A stretch of DNA of 34,596 nt from a virus (lineage: Duplodnaviria; Caudoviricetes), in IMG/VR virus record IMGVR_UViG_3300016662_000040, positions 1-34,596 of that record. One strand, given 5' to 3'. The notes below the pieces were generated by a model, which searched no databases, was not told the origin of the DNA, and saw only the letters and a program-made list of their open reading frames with translations. The translations under genes were made by a program, and so were the position numbers. How positions within the stretch are numbered: the first letter of the stretch is position 1; each line of letters opens with the position of its first letter. This document shows, piece after piece, positions 16,040-25,000 of this stretch.

Positions 16040-16402
16040 ATGCCGAAATTCCGTGTCAAAGAACTCTCCCTCATCGGCAACGAGCTGGTGCATCCCGGCA
16101 CTGTCGTGGACTATGACGCCGACAAGTACGGCTACCCGGCCGGCAACCTGGAGCCCCTGGACGAAGAAGGCCAAGCCCTGTGCGACCAGTACGAGGCATC
16201 CAACGCCGCCCGCCTTAAGGCCCTGGCCGCCGCCAATTCCACCAGCGCCGTGGGTGACCCCGAACAGTTCGCTGCCGCTGTCGCCGCTGCGATCCAGGCC
16301 CTGGTGGCTACCGGCCAGTTGCAGCTGGCACCCGCGCGCAAGTCCAAGGCCGCCGCAGCTGATGCCAGCGCCGACGGCACCCAGGGTGAAACGCTGGCCT
16401 GA
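16040..16402 (+). CDS. Hypothetical virion-associated protein
   Basis: MPKFRVKELSLIGNELVHPGTVVDYD...GNLEPLD; phage-like codon usage; head-tail gene position. Confidence 0.7.
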   Translation: MPKFRVKELSLIGNELVHPGTVVDYDADKYGYPAGNLEPLDEEGQALCDQYEASNAARLKALAAANSTSAVGDPEQFAAAVAAAIQALVATGQLQLAPARKSKAAAADASADGTQGETLA

Positions 16403-16422
16403 TAGCCGCCGGCTTGAGATCC

Positions 16423-16446
16423 AAAGGGGCCGCGTGCCCCTTTCTT
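16423..16446 (+). terminator. Putative intrinsic terminator
   Basis: AAAGGGGC-cgcgt-GCCCCTTT-CTT. Confidence 0.6.
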
Positions 16447-16459
16447 GTTGGAGCACACC

Positions 16460-17146
16460 ATGACCTCGATGGTTGACATCTGCAATCTGGCCCTGAGCCA
16501 CCTGGGCGACAGCGCCAACGTGGCCAGCATTGACCCGCCGGACGGGAGCGCTCAGGCCGATCACTGCGCCCGCTTCCTGCCCATCGCGCTCAACACCTTG
16601 CTGGAGCGCCACGCATGGGGCTTTGCCACGGTGCGCACGACCCTGACGGTGCTGGACAACCATGTCAGCACCTGGAAGTTCTGCTACGCGCAGCCCAGCG
16701 ATGCCGTCAACCTGCTGGCCATCCTGTCGCCCGAGGCCTCCAGCGATACCAGCGTGAGCACGCTCAGTCCGACGGTCTGGGATTACGGCACCAGCACCCC
16801 ATCGGTGGCCTGGGGCACGGTCTACGCCCCGCAGGATTTCGTGGCTGAAACCCTGGATGACGGCCGCGAGGTGATCTACACGAACCAGGAAGGCGCGGTG
16901 CTGCGCTACACCCGCCTGGTGACCGACCCGGCCCGGTTCACGCCGCTTTTCACGGAAACGCTGGGCTGGCTGCTGGCCTCAAAGCTGGCCGGCCCGGTGC
17001 TCAAGGGCGAGAGCGGGCGCAAGGCGGCCCTCGATTGCGTGGGCCAGTCCGAGGTCTGGTTTCGCAAGGCGGTGGACTCTGACAGCAGCCAGCGACAGGT
17101 CAAGCAGACGGCAAGCCAGTCGGTGGGCTGGTTGAATGTGAGGTAA
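16460..17146 (+). CDS. Tail adaptor / tubular protein A (T7 gp11-like)
   Basis: SMVDICNLALSHLG, LLERHAWGFA, YAQPSD, LRYTRLVTDPARFTPLFTETL..LLASKLA. Confidence 0.85.
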   Translation: MTSMVDICNLALSHLGDSANVASIDPPDGSAQADHCARFLPIALNTLLERHAWGFATVRTTLTVLDNHVSTWKFCYAQPSDAVNLLAILSPEASSDTSVSTLSPTVWDYGTSTPSVAWGTVYAPQDFVAETLDDGREVIYTNQEGAVLRYTRLVTDPARFTPLFTETLGWLLASKLAGPVLKGESGRKAALDCVGQSEVWFRKAVDSDSSQRQVKQTASQSVGWLNVR

Positions 17147-17150
17147 GGCC

Positions 17151-19211
17151 ATGGCTCTCAAGAAGATCAGCATGTCGTTCTCGGGCGGCGAGGTCACACC
17201 CGAGTTCTGGGGCCAAGTCAACGATGCCAAGTTCCAGAGCGGCCTGGCCAAGATGCGCAACTTCATCGCGCTGCCCCACGGCCCCGCAGTCAACCGCCCG
17301 GGCTTCGGCTACGTGAACACGGTGAAGGACATCACCCAATACACCCGGCTCATCCCCTTCACCTACAGCACCAGCCAGACCATGGTGCTGGAGTTCGGCA
17401 ATCAGTACGTGCGCTTTCACACCCAGGGCGCCACGCTGTTGTCGGGCAGCGTGCCCTACGAGGTGGCCACCCCCTACGTGCCCGACGATCTGTCCGGCAT
17501 CCGCTACGTGCAAAGCGCGGACGTGCTGACCCTGGTGCACCCCAACTACCCGCCAATGGAACTGCGCCGGCTGGGCCCGGCCAACTGGTCTTTGAGCCCG
17601 ATCACCTTCGTGTCAAGCCTGTCGGCGCCTGCATCCACGACGGCCACGGCCACCCAGGCCTCCAGCCCCTCAAACCTCACCAGCTACAGCTACGCGGTCA
17701 CCTCGGTGGGTAGCACAGGCCTGGAAGAATCGACGGCGAGCCCCTCGGCCTCCTGCACAAACAACCTGCTGCAGACCGGCGCCTACAACACGATCACTTG
17801 GCCGGACTCGGGCGCCCCCTACTACAACGTCTACAAGCTGAGCAACGGGCTCTATGGCTACATCGGCCAGACCAACGCGCTTTCGTTCGTGGACGACAAC
17901 ATCACTGCCGACCTGTCGAAGACGCCCCCAATCCAGAACAACCCGTTTGCCGGGCCAGGCTACTACCCGGGCGCCGTGTCCTATTTCCAGCAGCGCCGGT
18001 GCTTCGCCGGGTCGTACAACGAGCCCCAAAACCTGCGCATGACGCGCTCGGGCACCGAATCGAACATGAGCTACTCGATCCCCACCCGGGACGATGACGC
18101 CATCAACGTGCGTGTGGCGGCCCGCGAGGCCAACACCATTCAGCACATCGTGCCCCTGGCATCCCTGGTGCTGCTCACGGGCGCGGCCGAGTGGAGGGTG
18201 GCCAGCCTGAACAGCGACGTGATCACCCCCAGCTCCATCGGCGTGATGCCGCAAAGCTACATTGGGGCCGGGAATGCGCAGCCCGTGGTGGTGAACAACA
18301 ACATCCTCTACTCGGCGGCCCGGGGCGGCCACATGCGCGAGATGGCCTACAGCTACCAGGCCGGCGGCTACGTCACGGGCGATCTGTCCCTGCGCGCCCC
18401 CCACCTGTTCGATGGAAACACGATCATCGACATGGCCTTCGCCAAGGCGCCATGGCCCATCCTCTGGGCCGTGAGCAGCAGCGGCAAGCTGCTGGGCATG
18501 ACCTACGTGCCCGAGCAGCAGATCGGCGCCTGGCACGAGCACGACAGCGAGGACGGCGTGGCCCGCTTTGAATCGTGCTGCGTGGTGGCCGAGGGCAATG
18601 AGGACGTGTTGTATGTGATCGTGGCCCGGTACGTGAGCGGCCAGCTGGTCCGGTACGTGGAGCGCATGACCAGTCGCATGAACATCGACACCGCGGCCCA
18701 GGGCTTTTTCGTGGACAGCGGGGGCTACTACTCGGGCACCGCCACCACCGTCGTCAACGGCCTGGGCTGGCTGGAGGGCAAAACCGTGTCCATCCTGGGG
18801 GATGGTGCCGTCATGCCGCAGCAGACGGTGGTGGGCGGGAAGATCACGCTGTCCCAGGCCTGCAGCACGGTGTCGGTGGGCCTGCCCATCACAGCCGACC
18901 TGCAGACCCTGCCGCTTTACGCCCAGGTGGACAACGGCCTGGGCATGGGCCGGGTGAAGAACGTCAACAAGGTTTGGGTGCGGGTCGTGAAGTCCTCCGG
19001 GGTGAAGGCGGGCCCGGACGAGGCGCACCTGACCGAGTTCAAGCAGCGCCGGTCCGAGGCCTATGGCGCGCCGCCTGACCTGCGCACTGGGGTGATCGAG
19101 ATCGTGCTCGATCCCAGCTGGCAGGACGATGGCCAGGTGTTGATTCGCCAGACCCAGCCCCTGCCGGTCATGGTCACGGCCATCACTCTGGAATGCGAAG
19201 TCGGTGGCTGA
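17151..19211 (+). CDS. Tail nozzle / tubular protein B (T7 gp12-like)
   Basis: SFSGGEVTP, NF...PHGPAVNRPG, RLIPFTYS, QSADVLTLVHPNYPP, YPGAVSYFQQR, EQQIGAWHEH. Confidence 0.88.
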   Translation: MALKKISMSFSGGEVTPEFWGQVNDAKFQSGLAKMRNFIALPHGPAVNRPGFGYVNTVKDITQYTRLIPFTYSTSQTMVLEFGNQYVRFHTQGATLLSGSVPYEVATPYVPDDLSGIRYVQSADVLTLVHPNYPPMELRRLGPANWSLSPITFVSSLSAPASTTATATQASSPSNLTSYSYAVTSVGSTGLEESTASPSASCTNNLLQTGAYNTITWPDSGAPYYNVYKLSNGLYGYIGQTNALSFVDDNITADLSKTPPIQNNPFAGPGYYPGAVSYFQQRRCFAGSYNEPQNLRMTRSGTESNMSYSIPTRDDDAINVRVAAREANTIQHIVPLASLVLLTGAAEWRVASLNSDVITPSSIGVMPQSYIGAGNAQPVVVNNNILYSAARGGHMREMAYSYQAGGYVTGDLSLRAPHLFDGNTIIDMAFAKAPWPILWAVSSSGKLLGMTYVPEQQIGAWHEHDSEDGVARFESCCVVAEGNEDVLYVIVARYVSGQLVRYVERMTSRMNIDTAAQGFFVDSGGYYSGTATTVVNGLGWLEGKTVSILGDGAVMPQQTVVGGKITLSQACSTVSVGLPITADLQTLPLYAQVDNGLGMGRVKNVNKVWVRVVKSSGVKAGPDEAHLTEFKQRRSEAYGAPPDLRTGVIEIVLDPSWQDDGQVLIRQTQPLPVMVTAITLECEVGG

Positions 19212-19686
19212 TCGCGTCACCATCTCTCAGGCCACGGTGGCGGACGTGGCGTTCGTGGCCCAGCACCTGCGGGCCGCCGACCGGGCCGAGCTGCAGGCCA
19301 TGCACGGGCCGGATGCCGACATCGTGGCGCTGCTGGCTCAGTCGGCGGCCATCACCCCCGAGTTGCTGGTGGCGGCTGATGCAGCAACCGGCGAGCCGCT
19401 GTGCGTGTTTGGTGTGGCGCCCATCCCTGGCACGCTGGCCGGCTGCCCGTGGATGCTGGGCACAGATCGGCTGCAGGGCTTTGCGCGCGAGCTGATCGTA
19501 ATCTGCCGGGCCTACGTTGACCGGTGGTCTGCAGAGCACGTCGGGCTTGGAAACTTCGTGCACGCCGAGAACACCCGAAGCATTCGCTGGCTGCAGGCCC
19601 TAGGTTTCACGGTGGGCGATGCGGTGCCCGTGGGGCCGCATGGTGGGATGTTCCGGCCATTTGAGAGGGTGCACGTAACCCCCTGA
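19204..19686 (+). CDS. T7 gp13-like internal virion protein A (GNAT fold)
   Basis: LRAADRAEL, PLCVFGV, PWMLGTD, NFVHAENTRSIRWLQALGF. Confidence 0.8.
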   Translation: MADRVTISQATVADVAFVAQHLRAADRAELQAMHGPDADIVALLAQSAAITPELLVAADAATGEPLCVFGVAPIPGTLAGCPWMLGTDRLQGFARELIVICRAYVDRWSAEHVGLGNFVHAENTRSIRWLQALGFTVGDAVPVGPHGGMFRPFERVHVTP

Positions 19687-19700
19687 GCGCCTTGCACATT
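19668..19700 (+). promoter_or_regulatory. Late-promoter motif copy
   Basis: GGTGCACGTAAC-N15-CACATT upstream of the ejection-protein genes. Confidence 0.7.
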
Positions 19701-19723
19701 GGCTGCAATCACCAGGATTGCCC

Positions 19724-20239
19724 ATGTGTAACGCAACAGCCGCTCTCGCTATGCAGGGCTACGGCGCCGCAAGCTCCGCCATCGGGGCCTGGGGCGCTGC
19801 ATCAGCCCAGAAGAACAGCCTGAACTACCAGGCCAACATCGCGGACCTGAACGCCCGCATGTCCGAAACCCAGGCCCAGGGCACGTTGCTCACCGGCGAG
19901 CGGCAGGCCCAGCAGTCCATGCTGCAGACGGCGCAGCTCAAGAGCACCCAGCGCGCCACTATGGCAGCCAATGGGGTTGATCTAGGCGTCGGGTCCGCCT
20001 CCAACGTCCTGACCAGCACGGATGTCATGGGCCAGATCGACAAGAACACCATCGAGGCCAATGCCACCCGGGCAGCCTGGGGCTACCGCACGCAGGGCAC
20101 GAACTACCAAAACGAGGCGCTGATGGACCGCGCCACCGCTCGCGCTATCAACCCGACGCAGGCCGGGCTTACCTCGCTTTTGACCAGCAGCGGCCAGGTG
20201 GCAAGCAGCTGGTATCGGCTCAACAAGGCGGGGGGCTGA
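19724..20239 (+). CDS. Ejection / internal virion protein (T7 gp14-like)
   Basis: AGGA RBS, MC start, Ala/Gln-rich, QRATMAANGVDL..GSA, NATRAAWGY. Confidence 0.78.
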   Translation: MCNATAALAMQGYGAASSAIGAWGAASAQKNSLNYQANIADLNARMSETQAQGTLLTGERQAQQSMLQTAQLKSTQRATMAANGVDLGVGSASNVLTSTDVMGQIDKNTIEANATRAAWGYRTQGTNYQNEALMDRATARAINPTQAGLTSLLTSSGQVASSWYRLNKAGG

Positions 20240-20242
20240 TCC

Positions 20243-22066
20243 ATGCCAAAGGTTCCAACCTACGACAGTTTCCAAGCCATGCCCACGGTGCCCACCGGGG
20301 TGGCGTTCACCGCGGCACGCGCGCCCGGCCCCGGCATGGTGGTGGCCCAGCAGGCCGAGAAGATGGGCCAGGCCGCCATGGGCGCCGGCGGCGAGGTGGC
20401 CAAGATCATCGAGGACAAGCAGGCCGAGGCCAACCAGGCGCTGGTGGATGACGGCCTGAATCAACTCGTCCAGGCCCGGACCAAGCTGCAGCTTGAGGCC
20501 ATGTCCCTGACTGGCCGGGCGGCGCTGGAGCGCCCTGACGGCAAGTCCATCGACCAGGAATACGGCGAGAAATTCAACGAGGCGGTGTCGGGCATCGCTG
20601 GCACGCTCAAGAACCCGGCCCAGGAAAAAGCATTTCGTCACGCTGCAGCAGGGGTGGGCAACTCGTTTATTGCCTCTGTCGGCGCGCACATGGTGCAACA
20701 GCAAAAGCAGTTCCAGGCCGACCAGCTCAACGCCACGGTGAGCACCGCCGCCCAGCAGGCCGGAATGCTGTACGCCGACCCGAGCGCCCTGGCCGAGTCC
20801 AAGGCGATGGCCGATGGCGCGGTCAGCCAGATGATTCGCCTGAACGGCTGGGATGCCGAGAAGGACAAGAACATCATTGCGGCCGCCCGGGTCAAGGCCA
20901 TGACCGATGTGCACAGTGCCGCTCTGCAGGGGATGCTGCAGTCCGGCATGGTCGACAAGGCCCGCGAGTACTACAACGCCAACAGCGCCGAAATGTCGCT
21001 GCAGGCCCGCGCCACCCTGAGCCAGCACATCGGGGAAGTGGAGACGGCCACCAAAGGAGACAACGCCGCGCAAGCTGCCTGGGACAAGTTCGCACCAGCC
21101 AACCCGAATGAGCCGGTGCGCCTGTTCGACATGGAGGCCGAGGCGCGCAAGCAGTTTGCTGATAACCCCAAGGCGCGCGATGCTGCCCTGGCCGGGTTGC
21201 GGCAGCGGGCTCAGGCATTCAACGCTCAGCAGGCCGAGGCCAACGCCGGGAACATCAATGGCGTCTACAAGATGCTGGACAGCGGTGCCGGCCTGGCCAA
21301 GATCCAATCGAGCCCCCAGTGGCTGGCCCTGCCCGGCGCCAAACAGCACGAAATCATCCAGAGCATCGAGAACTTGCAGGCCACCAGGGCCAACCGTGCG
21401 GCAGCCGAGGAAAGCCGGGCCTTCACCCGAGTGCAGCGTGAGGACCGCATGGCCATGTTCCGCAATGGCGAGGCCTACTTGCGCTACAGCGACCCGGATG
21501 TGCTGGCCGGCATGAGCCGAACCCAGGTTGAGGCGCTGCGCCCCACGTTCGGATTCGAGGGCACGCAGCAGCTCCTGCAGCGTTTCGACACCCTGCAGAA
21601 CAAGGACGCCAAGCTGAACGCCAAGATGGACGACAGCGCATTCAATGCCATCGTTCGGGAAACCCTGGACATTGACCCTTACAAGAAGGGCATGACCTCG
21701 GAGCAGAAGGGCATGCTGGGCACGCTCAAGAACCGGGTCGACATCCTGCTACAGCAGCAGGCCCAGAGCCTGCGCCGCCCTCTGACCACCGAGGAAAAGA
21801 CCGAGCTATTCCGGGCCGAGGCCGCCAAGACCGTGACCGTCAACGGCTGGCTGTGGAACAGCGAGAAGCCTGCCGCGGCCCTGACACCGGCCGAGGCCGC
21901 CGACGTTGTGGTGCCCGCCGATGCCAGAGCAAAGATCACGGCCCGCCTGCAGCGTGAATACCAGGCGACCCAAGACCCTGCGTTTGCCCCAACGGAGCAA
22001 AACCTCCGCCGCTACTACCTCAAGACCATCAGCCCTATTGCTGGATTACCCAATGCCAAACAGTGA
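20243..22066 (+). CDS. Ejection / internal virion protein (T7 gp15-like position)
   Basis: MPKVPTYD start; 607-aa helical Ala/Gln-rich protein between the small and giant core genes. Confidence 0.72.
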   Translation: MPKVPTYDSFQAMPTVPTGVAFTAARAPGPGMVVAQQAEKMGQAAMGAGGEVAKIIEDKQAEANQALVDDGLNQLVQARTKLQLEAMSLTGRAALERPDGKSIDQEYGEKFNEAVSGIAGTLKNPAQEKAFRHAAAGVGNSFIASVGAHMVQQQKQFQADQLNATVSTAAQQAGMLYADPSALAESKAMADGAVSQMIRLNGWDAEKDKNIIAAARVKAMTDVHSAALQGMLQSGMVDKAREYYNANSAEMSLQARATLSQHIGEVETATKGDNAAQAAWDKFAPANPNEPVRLFDMEAEARKQFADNPKARDAALAGLRQRAQAFNAQQAEANAGNINGVYKMLDSGAGLAKIQSSPQWLALPGAKQHEIIQSIENLQATRANRAAAEESRAFTRVQREDRMAMFRNGEAYLRYSDPDVLAGMSRTQVEALRPTFGFEGTQQLLQRFDTLQNKDAKLNAKMDDSAFNAIVRETLDIDPYKKGMTSEQKGMLGTLKNRVDILLQQQAQSLRRPLTTEEKTELFRAEAAKTVTVNGWLWNSEKPAAALTPAEAADVVVPADARAKITARLQREYQATQDPAFAPTEQNLRRYYLKTISPIAGLPNAKQ

Positions 22067-25000
22067 TTTCAACGATGACGATCTGGATCGAGTAATCAGG
22101 GGGGAGCTTGAAACGAAGCGCACCCTGTTGCGCGCCACACTGTCGTCAGCTGTCAACGTCAATCCCGACGAGCAAGCGCGCTACGACCGGCTTTCTGCCT
22201 ATCTGGACATGCCGCGCGGGGTGGTTTCTGCCCAGCCCCAGGAGGCCGAGCGCCGCGCCAAGCTGCAGACGATCCAGAACGATGCCGCCACCTCTCCGGT
22301 GCTGCAGCGCAAGTACACGGATGCGGACTTTGCCAAGCTGGCCCACGACGACAGCGGTGCGCTTTCGGCTATTGCGTCGGCGGCCAAGTACCTGGTGGGC
22401 GGCGAAGGTCAGAAAAACACCCTGGGTGGCGATCTGCTGGCCAGTTGGTACAAGGGAAGCGGTGCGCTGTACGGCGGCCTGCGCGCCGTGGCCGAAACGG
22501 CGGCGCCCTTGGCCCAGCCGCTGGCCGGCACGATCCTGCCAGAAAACCCGATCAGCCGCTTTGCCGACATGGTGGGCAAGGTGTCTGGCGAGATGAACGC
22601 CATCGGCGAGCACTACGGCCCCACGGCACAGGGCATCGTGGCGGGCGGTGTTTCCTCCGGCGTCCAGTCGCTGGGCCAAAACGCCAAGTACCTGCCGCTG
22701 CTGGCCTTCGGGCCGGCTGGGGGCGCTGCTGCCCTGGCGGGCATGGTCACCGAGCAGTTTGGCAGCTCTTACCAGGACGCGCGGCAGAAGGGCATCGAGC
22801 CCATGCAGGCCCTGCCGTTTGCCGCCTCTCAGGCCGCCATCGAGTACGCCACCGAAAAGCTGCCCATGGGCAAACTGCTGGGAGACCTGCAGGCCGGCGC
22901 ATCACTCAAGAAGGTGCTGGCCCACCAGGCCATGGCCGAAATCCCGGGAGAGCAGATCGCCACCGTGCTGCAGGACATGAACGAGTGGGCAGTGCTCCAC
23001 CCTGAAAAGCCGTTCTCCGAATACCTGGCCGAGCGCCCGAGCGCCGCAGCGCAGACGCTGATCGCCACCCTGGTGGGCGTGGGCGGCAATGTGGCCATCA
23101 GCAGCGCGGCGCAGAAGGCCATGGACAAGGTGACGGGTGTCGATCGACAGGCTCAGGCCGCCGAGCAGGCCGCCCAAACTCTGGCCAACTTGCAGCAGAC
23201 CATGACGGCCAGCAAGCTGTTGGAACGCAGCCCGGACACCCTGCGCAGCTACATGCAGGACCTAGCCGACCAGGGCGCCCCGGTGGTCTACGTGGACACA
23301 AAGGCGCTGACCGAGGACGGGGTGGATCTGCAGCGGCTGGCCGAGCAACTGCCCAGCGTGGCAGAGCAAGTGCAGCAGGCTGTGGAAACGGGCGGCGACC
23401 TGGTGATACCCACCGGCGAACTGCTGACGGACACCATTGGCACCATGTTTGCCCAGCCTTTGATCGACCACGCCCGCACTGCGCCGGACGCCATGAGCCG
23501 GGCCGAGGCCCAGGTGTTCATGCAGGAGCAGGGCGACAAAATCAAGGCCGAGGTCGAGCAGGCGATTGCCGCGCAGGATCAGGAAGCCCAGTTCAAGGCC
23601 GACCGCGACGCGCTGCACGCCCAGGTGCTGGAGCAGCTGAATTCCCTGGGGCGCTTCAATCCCAAGGTGAACGAGCACTACGCCACGCTGCTGTCAAGCT
23701 TCTACTCGGTTATGGCCGCCCGGGCCGGCGTGAGCCCGCAGGAGTTCGCCAAGACCTACGCGCTGGAGTTCTCGCGCAAGGAGGCGCCGGCTGGAGCGAT
23801 GGATCAGGCTGCCAGTTCACTGGATGCCGTGCAAAAAGCATGGGATGACGCCGGCATCAAGCACTCGATTTTTGAAAGCGGCGATTTGATCACGGTCAGC
23901 AAGATCATCGTGCCGGAATCAGAGCGAGGTTCTGGCAAGGGCACTGCCGCGATGCAGGCCCTGGTGGACTACGCCGATGCGGCTGGCAAGCACATTGCGC
24001 TTTCGCCGTCGGGCGACTTCGGAGGCAACAAGAAGCGATTGGTGCAGTTTTACAGGCGGTTCGGCTTCGTGGAGAACAAGGGCAGGAACAGGGCATTCAC
24101 CACCTCGGAAAGCATGCACCGCGAGGCGCCTGGCAAGGTGCTGCACCAAGGCGGCTCCGCCCCCCGCGCCCAGATCAGCATGGGTGACGACATCACCCAG
24201 CAGCCCAGCATCGTCAGCCTGCTGGAAAAGGCCGACTTGTCCAGCTTCATCCACGAGTCCGGCCACTTCTTCCTGGAGGTGCAGGCCGACCTGGCAAGCC
24301 GGATCGCCGGGCGCATCGCCCGCGGTGAGGACGTTGGCCCAGGCGCCCAGGGCATCGTGGACGACTTCAACAAGGTGCTGGACTGGGCTGGTGTCAAGGG
24401 AACGCCCGAGATGAGCGCCATTGACACTTGGCACGCCATGACGCCCGACGAGAAGCGGCCCGCGCACGAGAAGTGGGCCCGCGGCTTTGAGGCCTACGCC
24501 TTTGAGGGCAAGAGCCCGAGCCTGGATCTAACCCGCATGTTTCAGACCTTCCGGGCCTGGCTGCTGAACATCTACCGCCAGCTGAGCGCGCTGAATGTCC
24601 AGCTGACCGATGAGGTGCGCGACGTGATGGGGCGCATGCTGGCCACCGCTCAGCAGATCGAGGAAACCGAAGCCGCCCGCGACATGGGACCGCTGTTCCA
24701 GACGGCGGAGCAGGCAGGCATGAGCATCGAGGAATTCAAGGCCTACCACGACCTTGCCACCGAGGCCACGCTGGGCGCCGTGGATGAACTCACCCGCAAG
24801 GGGCTCAAGGACATGCAATGGCTGTCGCGGGCTCGCTCAAAGATCCTGAAAAAGCTGCAGGCCGAGCACGACACCGAGCGCGCCCGCATTCGCCACGAGG
24901 TGCGCGGCGAGGTGATGAGCCAGCCGGTTTACCAAGCCTGGCAGTTCCTGACTGAAAAAAAACCACACCCAGGTGAACCGTCTGAGGCCATGAAAGCCTA

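Noticed and set aside
21906-22052. Track start of the giant ORF at 21906
   Set aside because: It overlaps the upstream gene by about 160 nt with non-protein-like sequence; ATG 22053 is more plausible.
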